A DNA stretch of 63,946 bases, the filler included, from Octopus bimaculoides (Eukaryota), in assembly GCF_001194135.2 (NCBI RefSeq). It is 7 parts of 6 records of this genome, joined end to end, with 100 filler letters (N's around TTAATTAATTAA, not from the genome) between each part and the next. Parts side by side here need not be neighbours in the genome. Positions count along the whole stretch, not along the records: positions 29,638 to 52,244 come from NC_068981.1; 6 more parts are not named here. One strand, written 5' to 3'. Shown here in pieces: positions 37,151 through 51,406 of the stretch. Under the pieces are notes generated by a model that worked only from the letters and a program-made list of their open reading frames with translations, was not told the origin of the DNA and made no database searches. The stretch's first letter is position 1. Each line of letters starts with the position of its first letter. The position numbers were made by a program, and so were the translations under genes.

Positions 37151-38944
37151 GATATTAAAATATGTATTATCATCAATTTCATTGCGTTTATATAAGTGAA
37201 CTAGGCCATGTGCGTATTGTAAAAATACGCGATTGAATTATATTACGTTCTAAGCACTCTTTTCGGGTATATATCAGCTGTAATTGTGAGAACCGTGTAT
37301 GTAGGAATAGAAAGTTAGTAAGCTTCGAGCAGTCTCTTTTAGGCATAGAAAAGAACTTTCAGGAACAATGATAATTTATTGACGTCGAATGTAGTAGGAG
37401 TTTCTGCATATCGATGTTCGCTAAGTTGACAAAATCCTTTTGTATAGTTTGCGGTTAGAAACTATAGTTCTATGTGTATGTGTGTAATTGTTTATGTGTG
37501 TGTACATTCGGGTGTATGTAATGAGAGCATTCAATAAAGGTACTGAAATGCGTTTTTGGGTAAATACATGTTCAGTACGAATTACCCGCGCGAGTCTAAT
37601 CGAATGAAAGCACCATTAAAAGGAAGTTAAATTCCTAAATTTGTTAAATTACAAATTCGATGGCAGAATTCAAGACTTTTGTTATTCTTTGAGTACAAAT
37701 ATAACCACGGCGAATGATATATATAAGTGAATAAAACCATTGATAGTGTTACACTTAACATCACTGCAGCCTTATGTGTGAAAACAGTAATGAGCAAATT
37801 TAGTAATAGATAATTATGAATATATTTGAATAGCAGCGTTGGCAATTTTGTATAACATATATTTCCACATTAATGAGGTAACTGTGAAACAGTTCTTTCG
37901 CTATTAAGCTATGAATAAGATAGACATAAATGAGAAATATGAGAATGAAGTTTAAACTTAAACACATTAAATTAAATTATTTCTACAATTAAATTGTCCT
38001 TACTCATGACAGAAACTAAGTATTAGTTATAATGAACAAGTTCAAGTATTATAAATGACGCATAGAAGGAGTTGTAACATTGCACACAACTCTAGACTGA
38101 ATATAGACACCTCGCAGGATAAAATATGAAACGGCCTATCTGTATACAGCATCAAAATTATCGAAATAATAATAATTGTAGACATTAAATTTAGATATTC
38201 CAGGCAAACTCTCCCAAAACGCTTTTCGTCTGTTAATGTCAATATATTGACCGATAAATATCGTTAGATTTTACAGAGAGAAAAACTCTTGAAATATGAA
38301 GAACCGAATGAAGATAATACTATAGAGAAGACGTACATAAACAGTTACATATTCGGTGTGGGCGATTTTTCATTGATTATACAATGAATACTTTGAATAA
38401 AATGATTGCCACGATCGCCAACCTTATAACGTAACTGATAATTTTGACTAAGTAACAAGGTAATCAATATGACACTTGTATCAATCTCAGGTGTAAGTCT
38501 AACATGTGGAAATCTACTAAAAGCAACATGATTGGAAATAACCAAACCACTATTGCTGAAGAGATACTTGGCAAAACGTAAAAAAGTTAAAGAAGATGGA
38601 GATCTTAGTATATTCCAGAAGTGGAACCAAAACACAAATTCGTAGGAAGTGCACAAAATATATTTTCTTGTAAGTATAGAATATTTTGCATCTATAAGAA
38701 CCTTTTCTTTGTAGCAAACAACCTATCTAATCAATGTAAATTGGCAAATAATTAGGCCTAGATGAATATACGAAAGGAAGAAAATCTTGTTTGTGTAAAG
38801 ACCTTCTCCAGAACAAAATATTTTACAGCTAAACAATTTCATCAATAAAAGACATTTGTAGAAAGCAAAAGAATAGTGCATTGTGCGAATATATTTTCCA
38901 AAACTAGAAAAGCACAATTTGATTCCGACAATATAACTACACAA

Positions 38945-39160
38945 ATAATCCTTTCTGTTATAGGCATAAGCCCCGAAATTTTGCGGCATGTGGGTTAGGG
39001 CGAGGTTAGACGATTTCATCGACCACAGTAATTGAGTGGCACTTCCTTTATCGAACACGAGAGGATGATCAGCAAAGTCGACCACAACTTACGGATTGAC
39101 AAAATGTTTCTAAGCATTTTATCCAGCGTACTAAAGATTCTGTCAGTTCGCCACCTTAAT
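38945..39160 (-). mobile_element. Meta-domain-like SINE, highly decayed
   Basis: GATTTCATCGACCACAG...GAGGATGATCAGCAAAGTCGACC...GTCAGTTCGCCACCTTA. Confidence 0.55.
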
Positions 39161-39527
39161 GCAACAAAAGAATACCCTATTGAAATGCTCTGAAGAACGG
39201 CATTCACTAAGAAACTCATCGAATGTAATGAAATTTATGGTTGTCTGCAGTCTACTATTATCAAAACTGAAACAATTTGACAATTTCGTCTTGTTACTTG
39301 TTTTCACAATGCTGTATTTAGTATAAAGAATAAATCTTTCACGTGCGAGTGATGATCGTTTAATGTATGCGTGCGATTGTCCGTGTATATGTGTTGATGA
39401 AATACATACACAAACACACACACACACATATATGTTGGGGGAAACAGGGCTATGAAACTCAAACATGAGTGTATGTAAAATTTCTTATACTTAATATCCA
39501 AACACATCTCAAAAACTGAGTAATTCT

Positions 39528-39558
<31 letters not shown>

Positions 39559-40305
39559 NNNNNNNNNNNNNNNNNNNNNNNNNNNNNNNNNNNNNNNNNN
39601 NNNNNNNNNNNNNNNNNNNNNNNNNNNNNNNNNNNNNNNNNNNNNNNNNNNNNNNNNNNNNNNNNNNNNNNNNNNNNNNNNNNNNNNNNNNNNNNNNNNN
39701 NNNNNNNNNNNNNNNNNNNNNNNNNNNNNNNNNNNNNNNNNNNNNNNNNNNNNNNNNNNNNNNNNNNNNNNNNNNNNNNNNNNNNNNNNNNNNNNNNNNN
39801 NNNNNNNNNNNNNNNNNNNNNNNNNNNNNNNNNNNNNNNNNNNNNNNNNNNNNNNNNNNNNNNNNNNNNNNNNNNNNNNNNNNNNNNNNNNNNNNNNNNN
39901 NNNNNNNNNNNNNNNNNNNNNNNNNNNNNNNNNNNNNNNNNNNNNNNNNNNNNNNNNNNNNNNNNNNNNNNNNNNNNNNNNNNNNNNNNNNNNNNNNNNN
40001 NNNNNNNNNNNNNNNNNNNNNNNNNNNNNNNNNNNNNNNNNNNNNNNNNNNNNNNNNNNNNNNNNNNNNNNNNNNNNNNNNNNNNNNNNNNNNNNNNNNN
40101 NNNNNNNNNNNNNNNNNNNNNNNNNNNNNNNNNNNNNNNNNNNNNNNNNNNNNNNNNNNNNNNNNNNNNNNNNNNNNNNNNNNNNNNNNNNNNNNNNNNN
40201 NNNNNNNNNNNNNNNNNNNNNNNNNNNNNNNNNNNNNNNNNNNNNNNNNNNNNNNNNNNNNNNNNNNNNNNNNNNNNNNNNNNNNNNNNNNNNNNNNNNN
40301 NNNNN

Positions 40306-40336
<31 letters not shown>

Positions 40337-40553
40337 TATATATACAAGAGAGTTAAAGGTGTCTGTTAGACCCAAATGTGTCACGTGATGCTGAGTAAGT
40401 GCTATGGATACACCGTAAAGCTCCAGGTTCGGTGATTATGCGAATAAGGAGTCCAACGTAGGTCATATATCAGCGTGTATATATATTATTTTTTTAAATT
40501 TCAGAATGGGATAAAAAATCAAGGCTGTGAAGATTTTACAACCTTTATAAATA

Positions 40554-40602
40554 GGTCTTACAGCTGTTTCCAGGATGTTTTATTATATCCCTTCATAGGA
40601 GA
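40554..40602 (-). ncRNA. Degenerate minimal type I hammerhead ribozyme of the Penelope-associated kind
   Basis: Minus strand GUCU-CCUAUGA-A-GGGAU-loop-AUCCU-G-GAAAC-AGCU-GUA-AGAC. Stems I, II and palindromic III are present; the CUGAUGA core is mutated to CCUAUGA. Confidence 0.6.
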
Positions 40603-41212
40603 CGGTGTGAGAAAATAGTTAAGCAATAGTTAATTTAGGTAAGATACGAAATAGGGAGTGCAGTGGAGGAATGAAAATGGATGCAAGATATGCAGCGATA
40701 TTGCATTTATAGATCCATTATTTAAGCAGAATGGTATACATTTAAGATTCCAATACTATGTGTGTAAAATCAAATAGTATTTAAAACTGGTCCTTCCAAG
40801 TATAGAGTTTTTACACAGAGCTAGTGAATCAAGAGTTTTATTTAAAGTGACTTAAAATTAGGTAACGTATTTGGCAGGTCAAGAAAACAAAGACGAAAGA
40901 ATAAAGCAAACAAAAGAAGGAGAGATATAATAAGGGACAGTGTACGACTTAGTGGTCAGTCAAGATAATTTGAAAGTAGGAATGGGGAGTTGAAAGTGAC
41001 AGAGAGAGAAAGGTATTAGACTGTAAAAAGGAAGAAGGAATGGGGTGATAGACAGATAGGTATAACACGTAAAGGAGTGTCAGTTATGCAGTGATAGAGT
41101 CTAAGTGATGTGGCAGCGAGAGGAGTAGTAGTATTGAATGAACAATTTAGGAATATAGATTAGGTGGTTGGACAGGTCAGTGCTTAGTAGTAGAAGAAAA
41201 TAAATATGTGAA

Positions 41213-41251
<39 letters not shown>

Positions 41252-41959
41252 TTTTTTTCATAGAAAACCATGTAATCGTTACCAATATAGCAAGAGATTT
41301 CACCGCAAAAAACTCTAAATTAGACTCCTTAGGGATCGTTCTCCTTGTTTATATATCCAAAGTTTTAAATTTAAATTTAAGAGAGAGATTACNNNNNNNN
41401 NNNNNNNNNNNNNNNNNNNNNNNNNNNNNNNNNNNNNNNNNNNNNNNNNNNNNNNNNNNNNNNNNNNNNNNNNNNNNNNNNNNNNNNNNNNNNNNNNNNN
41501 NNNNNNNNNNNNNNNNNNNNNNNNNNNNNNNNNNNNNNNNNNNNNNNNNNNNNNNNNNNNNNNNNNNNNNNNNNNNNNNNNNNNNNNNNNNNNNNNNNNN
41601 NNNNNNNNNNNNNNNNNNNNNNNNNNNNNNNNNNNNNNNNNNNNNNNNNNNNNNNNNNNNNNNNNNNNNNNNNNNNNNNNNNNNNNNNNNNNNNNNNNNN
41701 NNNNNNNNNNNNNNNNNNNNNNNNNNNNNNNNNNNNNNNNNNNNNNNNNNNNNNNNNNNNNNNNNNNNNNNNNNNNNNNNNNNNNNNNNNNNNNNNNNNN
41801 NNNNNNNNNNNNNNNNNNNNNNNNNNNNNNNNNNNNNNNNNNNNNNNNNNNNNNNNNNNNNNNNNNNNNNNNNNNNNNNNNNNNNNNNNNNNNNNNNNNN
41901 NNNNNNNNNNNNNNNNNNNNNNNNNNNNNNNNNNNNNNNNNNNNNNNTATATATTCCTT

Positions 41960-42330
41960 GATTCTTTCATTTGTTATGTTTATGTGACTGCGGCCTGGCT
42001 GCAGCACCGCCTTTAGTCGAATAAATCGATCCCAAGACTTGTCATTTGTAAGCCTAGTAGTTATTCAATCGGTTTCTTTTGCCGAACCACTAAGTTAGGT
42101 GGACGTAAACACACCAACATACGTTCTCGTGCAATGGTGGGCGGAGAAACACAGACACGCAAAGATACACACACACACACATACATATGACGGGCTTCTT
42201 TCAGTTTCCGTCTACCAAATCCACTTACATATCTTTGGTCGGCCTGAAGCTATAGTAGAGGACACTAGCCCAAGGAACCACGCCGAGGAACTGAACCCAG
42301 AACCATGTGACTGGTAAGCAAACTACTTTA
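41960..42330 (-). mobile_element. CORE-like (OR2-like) SINE, nearly full length
   Basis: Head, CORE-like block, internal (TG)n and tail all present in order. Confidence 0.8.
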
Positions 42331-42699
42331 TTTCAATAAATTCGCCATTCGCGGCGTTACACGGAGGGGACAAACAAAGAGAGACAAACATAAAGTAGCT
42401 GCGGGGTGGACATGGACGTTAATGAGAGGAGTGTGATAAGGATGAAACAAATAATGAAAGAGGCACCAGCGCCCGCCGACTAATAACCCATCTAAAATTT
42501 TCTTGTTTAATTTCCTCCAAAAAACACTTATGAGGTTGTGTAACCTCTTACACTATTAATATTATAAATTTTACACAATTTCAATATTTCAAAAAAATTT
42601 CATAATTTTTATCACTAGGTGGATCGATTGTTAAGGAAAATACTCCGCAAGAAAATATGCTGCCCCTAACAAACAAGTGACCATTGTTAGGCTTGAATT

Positions 42700-43720
42700 T
42701 GCGGAGAGGTAGAAGAAATCCTTCTGGTTACATTCTTCTATGATTTTTGGCGTCATGTTGTCCGTAATGACCTCCGCAGACACCTGCGGAGAACATGTGG
42801 AACTACTCGCACACTCCGAGTACTTCCTATCTTAGCTGCACTCGGGGTCCAAGAACTCATCCACAGTCCCTTCCTCATGGTACAGGATAACATAAAAATC
42901 CCCACTGGGAGGGTCGTCACACCACTCTGTCAGCGGCCCAATTCGGGTTCTGTCGGTGGTGCAGTGAGTTCCGCCGACCGTCTCCCATTTCTTCTTTTCC
43001 TTTTTTATTGTTTTTACCTGCTGCGGGGGTTATGGCCTCCCCCGGAACACCTGGGGAGCAACCACCATTGTTCATCTTTCTCTTTCAGGAGGCGACTGCC
43101 ACCACAACTTCCTCCGTCTCCCCCTCCTCTGGAGGAGGAGGGCACTTTCTCATTTTCCTTCCGCTCCAGGGCCTTACCTCGGCCCTGGGGGCAGTTCTTT
43201 TTGATGTGACACTTGGGGTGGGCGATCCCTCAAATATAACCGGGTACCTGACCCCGGCCATTACCAAAAAATCACGGAATATTAGGTCGCCGGCCGACTG
43301 GGTCCAAAGGGTCAGAACTGCTTTTGATCCAACCCAATCGGTCGCGGCTCCCACCCTGACACTGAGGAGCTTTGTTCCACTACCGCTCAGGCCTCTATAA
43401 ATGTTCTGTTTGATCCATTCGGACCGAACTCCGGACGACAGTACACATACCCAAGCCCTCATTATTTTTCCCCACGCTATGTGGGAAGGAACAGGATTTT
43501 ATCCCCTTCAAGGGGCTGGCTCGCCGCAATGCAAGCTTCTTCAGAGGAGTCAGATAGCAACCACACCGTTGCAAATTTGACTCCCGTGAAGATATAATAG
43601 TTTTTTTGCTGGCAAGCAGCTTGACAGCTCTTTTTTTTATAGGTTCATTGTGGAAGGGGGAGTGTACACCAGTTAATGAATCTTCACGAAACTGTTTATA
43701 CATGTTAGACCAACATCCAG
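42700..43720 (-). mobile_element. Tx1/L1-like ORF1 remnant (second family)
   Basis: IFTGVKFATVWL / ILFLPT*RGK / VIFEGSP..CHIKKNCP align with FITRGRKYATVVV / VLLSTYLGRR / VMVEGRRPRC..GHI*AYCP of the 3301-8232 ORF1. Confidence 0.65.
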
Positions 43721-44689
43721 TTTGTTACAAGAATCATTGCAGTTTAATTAATATCTATAAATGGACGGCTAGATCCCTTAGAATGTTTCCAGATAGAGCC
43801 CATTTATTTTCCTTTAACGACAAAGTATAAAGAACCCATTCAGTTTACTTTATTTTCTCTTTTTCCCACTGGTCTTTTATCCCTCCATTTATTAGAGAAG
43901 CAATACCTTTACTGTAACAGGTTGCCAATGTTTACGTTGTATAAATACGTGTGCGTTCTATATTACGTGAACGTTCTTACAAGAAATTTTCAGACAAGGT
44001 GAGTGATACTATCAATCTAACACCTGTCCTCAGTCAATATATAAATTTAATGACATTTCACAAACCTACCCAAGATCTTTCATTTAAAACAAATTTTAAG
44101 ATATTATCATGGTTATGGAGATATCAATGCCCCAACTTAATTTGCAAATCTGATCTTAAACTTACTCTTTCCATGGCAGATTTGTAAAAGTTTTCATTAT
44201 ATTACATTATATTTCCTATCAATCAAGTTGAGCATTTTTATTTCCTAGTATTTGAACTGTTAGGGTTATTTTCGCACATTACCCAGTAAAATCTTTAAAC
44301 AAGTAAATAGTATTTTCCTTAACAATAGATCCACCTATTTCGGTTAGTGATTTATTCACTAATATACCATGAATGACGATGCCTTTCATGTCACTTCAGC
44401 CAATTGACAGGCGCTGCATGAAGAACATTTCAGAGTTACTTACTGTGAATTGTTATTTTCTCATATCCGATTTGCATGTTATTACGTAACTGAATTCAGG
44501 ATTTTGGTAGTCATAACTTATTGAAATTCCTAAAAGCAAGATCCTATGTAAGGCAATTGCCTATTCTCTGTAAATGCACAAAACAATTTTAATGGCTACA
44601 TACATTGCATTGTTGCTATTGGATTAGCGAAACAATTACTGGATCAGAGATATGCCCTGCTTTCCGGGAGTTACCGAGTACATCAGCTA

Positions 44690-44735
<46 letters not shown>

Positions 44736-46282
44736 GCACATGAGGCGAAATATAAATGTTTGTTTTCGTGTCAGCCATTTTTGAGCTTTACAACATATAA
44801 TTTATTTGTACCGTTATAAAGCATTAAACTCCTTTATATCATACAAATAACCTATTCATACATTTATCTTACACCATTTTCTTTCTTTCTTTCAATATAT
44901 ATGTATATATATATATATATATAAGCAATGTTAATTCTCTAAATGAAGTATTAACAGTAACTGCACGATAAAGTGTAGTATATTGCCACTTAAGTGTGGC
45001 TGACCCCTAGGGGTGGATGTTACTGTTGCTTTTAGCCCCAGGAGGACATCTCCTCCAGCTGGCTTATATATTCATTTATTTATATATATTTACACATATA
45101 TGTATATATGCATGTATGTATAACACAATGAAGGTGGGTGGGCGCAATTATAAGACAAAAATGAAAAATGTTATTGTCGCGAATAGTGACTGAAGATGCT
45201 TAGTAGCACTAAAATATGACTGAAAGACCCTTATAGCCATAAACATAGTACAATTCTAAGTAGTGACAGGGGAGTTAACCACCCTACAGCGAGCGAGATT
45301 ACTATATTCGTTTGAAATTAATGTGTATCATTAGTTCTAATAAATTCCTGATAGGTAAGTCATATCTAACCTGCCAGTGTATGGATTTTATCATTAGAAT
45401 AAATGGCCGATTCAACAAATTGGTAATTGGATAATTATAAAATAATAAAGATGGCTAGATGTAATATATATATGAGCGTGTATGTGAGTGTGTGTGTGAG
45501 TGTGTGTGAGTATGTGTGTGTGTGTGTGCGTGTGCGTGTGTGTGTGTGTGCTTGTGTGTGTGTACGTAATGCAGTAATGTGTATAATGCAGTAATTAATA
45601 TAATGTAAGCCTTCCATTTTGTGTATCCACTGATGAGAATATGTATCAATTAAAATTTTGCAATTAAACTCGACTTGTTGGTTAAGGCTTATAAGATGTT
45701 AAATTATGAATTATTATTTATTTGTTTAACCATGCAACATTAATTTAAAGCTTATTTTCAATGAGTATTTGACAGCCTCATATATAAATGTTTATTAGGT
45801 GTTTTTTTCTTATAGTGTTCACTTATCCCCGTAGGCAATTATACAAATAAAAAAAAAGAAGGAAACAGATTATGGTTTCATATGATTTGGACTAGTGTGC
45901 CTGGAAATAATCACATACACTATATAGAATTTCGAATATAAAAGAAGGCAAAATCGACACCAAGCACAAACACGTCTAGAGAATCGAGAGATAATAATGT
46001 GATAAACAGCAAAACACAACAATCTTATACACTCAGTAAGTATGATTTATTGTAAAGTGTGTTCTCCACTATAAAACAGACTATAATACAAAGAATAAAC
46101 AATAAATTAGGTAGGGTTTGCCAAAACGACTGTTCAACAGTATATAAATTTACTAATAAATAAACACGTTAAATGCGAAAGCCCGTCAGAAGAATCAAGG
46201 CACACAATTTAGTACCACAGCAAGCTCTAAACTCACATTATATGTTATCACAGAAGTCATATGCAAACACTGAAATACTTAC

Positions 46283-46338
46283 ATCGATCTGCGCCACAGT
46301 ACTACAGGTGTAACATAAAATCAGACTTCGCCATTCAA
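46283..46338 (-). CDS. Candidate 56-nt internal exon (EWRSLILCYTCSTVAQID)
   Basis: Acceptor TTACACTTTTAG, donor GAT/GTAAGT, one open frame containing LCYTC. No partner exons found. Confidence 0.2.
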
Positions 46339-46989
46339 CTAAAAGTGTAATTTAAAAAAAAATCATATATAAAATTGTTTTGGATGCACATATTGCACAG
46401 ATGTTTGCTCATGATATAAATGCTTGAAATTTTGTTTTGAATTTAAATGAATTAAGATCAGATCTATGAGAGTTCATGGAATTATTCCGGTCGAAAGAAA
46501 ACTCATGAAATTTTATGTGAGACACCAACAAAGTGTTGTACATTAATATTTTGTGCTATTTTATACTCCAAAATTACATTTAATATAGCATAATGGTTTA
46601 TTGATTTATATAAACTGTCAACGATGGCAGTAACTTATGCCTAATGAGGCTCTGATAGTATTGGCGATGTTTACTTCTCGATCAATGTAGAAGATTCAGC
46701 AGTTATAATATCGAATATTTATAACTCTCTATATCTACATAAATGTTTAGTACGGTAATGAGAAGAGACAAATATATGAGCATCAAAACGAAAAGATAAG
46801 AAAGAGAAAGTAATGAAAATGGTAATTGTAATACTATCAATCTCCACCACAAGAGTTGTTGGGGCTCATTTAGAGAATGGGATATTTGGGAGCTAACATT
46901 ACTTGGATAGGAAAAAAAATTTCAAATAAATTAAGTCACGTATTTGACATGTGAACTCTACTAATGGTAAGATCAAACATAGAATGCAC

Positions 46990-47370
46990 TATAACTGGCA
47001 ATAATTAATTATGAAGAAACGGGCTCTAGGCTCAGATGTTGAACCATTCTGAACATATGTAGAGACACCAACACCTACAGTATTTCTGGATGTGTCGTCT
47101 GCATATTGAGTGGCGCATATTGAAGTCCTTAGAAAAGCAAATAACACCTAACAAATTGTCATCAGTGGAAGGAAACGACAGACCCAGTTCACTGGAATGT
47201 ATATAAGAGGAAAAGGTTTTGAGAATTTGGTGATAACTGAGGAAGAAAGAAGAGGCTACAATGAATCCAGCTGGCTAAAGAGATTGACTCAGTAACGTGC
47301 TAAGTCGTACGTGCGATGGAAAAGATTGAGGACGTCTATTATCATCGCTATCTATAAGCATGGTATATGA
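46990..47370 (+). mobile_element. RTE-like LINE 3' remnant, highly decayed
   Basis: RKRQTQFTGMYIRGKGFENLVITE resembles the RTE C-terminal RxRQLxFxGHIxRxxxLExL motif. Confidence 0.5.
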
Positions 47371-48283
47371 AGATATATATAGGGAAGTGTATACGTGTCT
47401 GTGTACGAGTTTTATACATGAATGTTATTTTCTACTGGATGATAAATAACATATGTATTGTAAATGCAAATCAGTAACTGGTGAAAATGAATGAATTATT
47501 TATTACAGTACATTCTTAAAGCAAATTGAATATATTAGCTGAGAATTTGGTCGACATGATAATATATGTCCTACATTGGTTAACAAGTTTCTAAAATATT
47601 TAAAAAATGGCATAATTTTAGCGTTTCAAAGAACATATTTAATTATCGACAACGTCTTTCACAAGTAAAATATACCATATATTTGATTCTGATTTTGAAA
47701 TGTGTCAAGCAATTGACACTGATATCTACGATGATTTAGTATTTCATATGAATATGAACCAGCAACCATGAATTTCAATCATTTCCAATAAGTGAGTACG
47801 GATACCATCGGAAATCAAGAACAGTAGTGTACATTCACACTTCCAATCTGTTCATAAATATTGACATTGAACATGACACGCCACATTCGTTTACTCCATA
47901 AAACAATTAAATTAAAACGATACAGAATAGTTACTTAATTCGTTAATTTTATTTCCCCTAAAAATATTGTCTGTGCCAAAACTCTATCATTACATTGTGT
48001 TCAAATAGTATCAATTGCAAAGAAATAACATTTGACGAATGAAATAAGGAGGCTCTTCAACATTACATGCAATGACTATGCTACCGAATATTTTTATTTC
48101 ACTATACAGATGATATTAATAGTGCATTTGCTACGCTTGTCTCAAGTCTATGTAAAATATACTTCTCTTAGTAATATATGTAAGAACTGAAATCATTCTC
48201 CAATGGAATTATATATACATTTATGTGAGGGTGTAATTTCACAGTTATCTACGTATACAAGCATACATGTATGCGTAAATACA

Positions 48284-48316
<33 letters not shown>

Positions 48317-50010
48317 TTATATACCAACTCACACGCTTATATATATGTATACATATGGATGTTTTCAAATTACCTGCCATTCATGCATTTGAAATTCGTC
48401 GGTGGAATACACTAGAAGAATTCAATAAAAAGTGTCGCATCAGTTGTGTAGAATCTATAATGATGTACTGTACATATCATGAATAAGAGAATTAGTTTAC
48501 TTTCCCAGAACAGAAAGGTATCGATTTAAACCTTTATACTTTTACAACATTATTTGTAGCGAAGTAGAGACACGGGTCTTATTTTCATTGACATGTTTGT
48601 TATGCTGTCGTTAGTTTAATTTACAATGTCAGAATGTTGTATGAAACATAATTCCTTGGGGAGTTTATGCCACCGCATATTAGTGATTCTTCGTATCTGC
48701 CAAATAAATGTTGTGCCAACGTTGGTAACTATGCATTAATATGTATACTACACTGTTAACTTTTCTCACTAATATCATAGATATGGAGTTGATAGAATAG
48801 CACAAATATTTATTATTAGAAAGCTGGTATGCAATTATTACCAATGCAGAAATAAGCTATCATATCTCTGCTATCTAGTGCATGTGTAGCTAAGTTTCAC
48901 ATAAAACCAAACATTGTAATCATCCACTTTCATCAAATAATATGACAAAAATTACTCAGGTAATATTTATAATACATCTATCATAGTACAGGAAAAAAGG
49001 GCACTATTATATTATTCATTTTTAAGAATTTCGAAATACATTACGTACATTTGACTTCTTAGAATAAAACGATAATCTAATATTGATGAGGTGTTATGTT
49101 TGTACACTAGAATATATCCATGGATATACGTACATTAAACTTGCCATAATATCTATGGATTATGTATCGAAATGATCATTCATGGAAAACTTCTACCTAT
49201 ATTATAATTAGAAAATATATAGCCACTGTTCTAATAAAATGGTCGAATATATAATCTGTTCCTAAATATTTATATTTATATCTTTTTCAAATTCATGATT
49301 GTATTATTTTCATAATATTTTTGATGCCTTTTCAAATGCTACTTCTAAATTCATCTAGATTCTACTGATATACTAATGTTAAAACAGTTATTTGAAAAAC
49401 TGAAAAAATCATCATTATTAAGTAATGGAAAGTATTATCTAAAATTATGTTAGTTTAGTTTTACAATTAGATGTGATGGAATGAAGAAGGCACATCACTG
49501 ATGATTAGGAGTCAAGTTGAAGTGATAAATATCTACGTGCACATTATTTTCAGGAGCGACATAGTATTTAAAATTTTGATATCAATTTCATTATATCTTT
49601 TTAAACTGATTTGATATTGTTGTTGCACACACGCACACACACACGTCTATGAATGTTATATGTATGGACATATACAAAGTAAATATCATAAGATATATTT
49701 ATCGTATGATATTTACTTTGTATTATATTATACTCATTTATTGTGCTTTTAATTATTATTTTTTTCTATAAGTGATAGTGGATTTTCATTGATCAGTTCA
49801 TGAAACTTGTTTTTTTCCCTAAAACTATATATTTATATATATTTTAATCTGTAAAGCTCAATTTAATTTTAATTTTTTATAAATTGATTTTAATTGAGAT
49901 TTTACCTGTAATTTTGGATTTTGTCCCTAATATTATTATTATATATATATATGTATACATACGAACTCAAACGCACACAGACACACACACACACACGCAC
50001 ACACACATAT

Positions 50011-50063
<53 letters not shown>

Positions 50064-51347
50064 AGGGAGAGGAGGGATAAAAAGAAATGTGTAAGTACAT
50101 GGGTAAAAAGGGTAGAAAATTATACTCGCATTACTATGATTAAACTGGCTTTAATTAAGTTGAAAATCTTCATAAACACTCACTCTGAGACTAAACTCAT
50201 CACCCATCCATCTAAATGACTAGTCATTTTTTGCTATGATTGTGAGTCCATTTTCTTCTTTGTTTTCCTTGACTCGGTAATTAACACACAACATGTGCTC
50301 AAGTTTCAAACAAGGGTGCATGTTTTGTAAATGTTCCTAACACTCCTCTCATATATATAATATACAAAATGATATGAGTAGTGTGTGCAGAAAAGCTTAC
50401 CGAATACATCTCCATTTTTGATATTACTCTTTCCGAACGCAAACTCTTTTTCATAACAAACATATTTTCTCATTTATGTCATACTCATTCTCCTATTCGT
50501 GTCTGTTGTATTTATTATTAGATATATATTGTTTTGTGAATGTTTCTTAAACTTTTAAGATTAAAACCGTTGGATGGGAATAGTATAACTGCTCGCCGTT
50601 ATCATTAAAATGCAATTTGTTATTCTACTTCATTCATCTAATTTTTTCTTGTTCATAATGGTGATATTGTTTCTCCTCAACGGTGCTCGTATTTACAAAT
50701 TTTCTACAGTTTCAAGTGTACTAATCCTTGTACTCCAGCTTCCGCATTGTATTCGGTGATTTACAAAAGAATTATCACTTCAAAATTGATAGAGTTTTAA
50801 GCATTTATACATCTTAGTAGTGTTACAAAAGGTCAATTCTCTCTGACGCCTTGGGCACGTGACACTTAGAATAAAAGTTTGTCACTATTCTCAGAATCAA
50901 AGAGCATTATATATATATATATATATANNNNNNNNNNNNNNNNNNNNNNNNNNNNNNNNNNNNNNNNNNNNNNNNNNNNNNNNNNNNNNNNNNNNNNNNN
51001 NNNNNNNNNNNNNNNNNNNNNNNNNNNNNNNNNNNNNNNNNNNNNNNNNNNNNNNNNNNNNNNNNNNNNNNNNNNNNNNNNNNNNNNNNNNNNNNNNNNN
51101 NNNNNNNNNNNNNNNNNNNNNNNNNNNNNNNNNNNNNNNNNNNNNNNNNNNNNNNNNNNNNNNNNNNNNNNNNNNNNNNNNNNNNNNNNNNNNNNNNNNN
51201 NNNNNNNNNNNNNNNNNNNNNNNNNNNNNNNNNNNNNNNNNNNNNNNNNNNNNNNNNNNNNNNNNNNNNNNNNNNNNNNNNNNNNNNNNNNNNNNNNNNN
51301 NNNNNNNNNNNNNNNNNNNNNNNNNNNNNNNNNNNNNNNNNNNNNNN

Positions 51348-51392
<45 letters not shown>

Positions 51393-51406
51393 ATATATAT
51401 ATATAG

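Noticed and set aside
38040-38930. Hydrophobic minus-strand translations vaguely like a GPCR pseudogene
   Set aside because: No convincing DRY, NPxxY or CWxP motif and many stops; AT-rich DNA gives F/L/I/Y-rich peptides by chance.
43921-43999. Plus-strand exon candidate (MFTLYKYVCVLYYVNVL…, donor AG/GTGAGT)
   Set aside because: No homology or partner exons; splice-like signals are common in AT-rich DNA.
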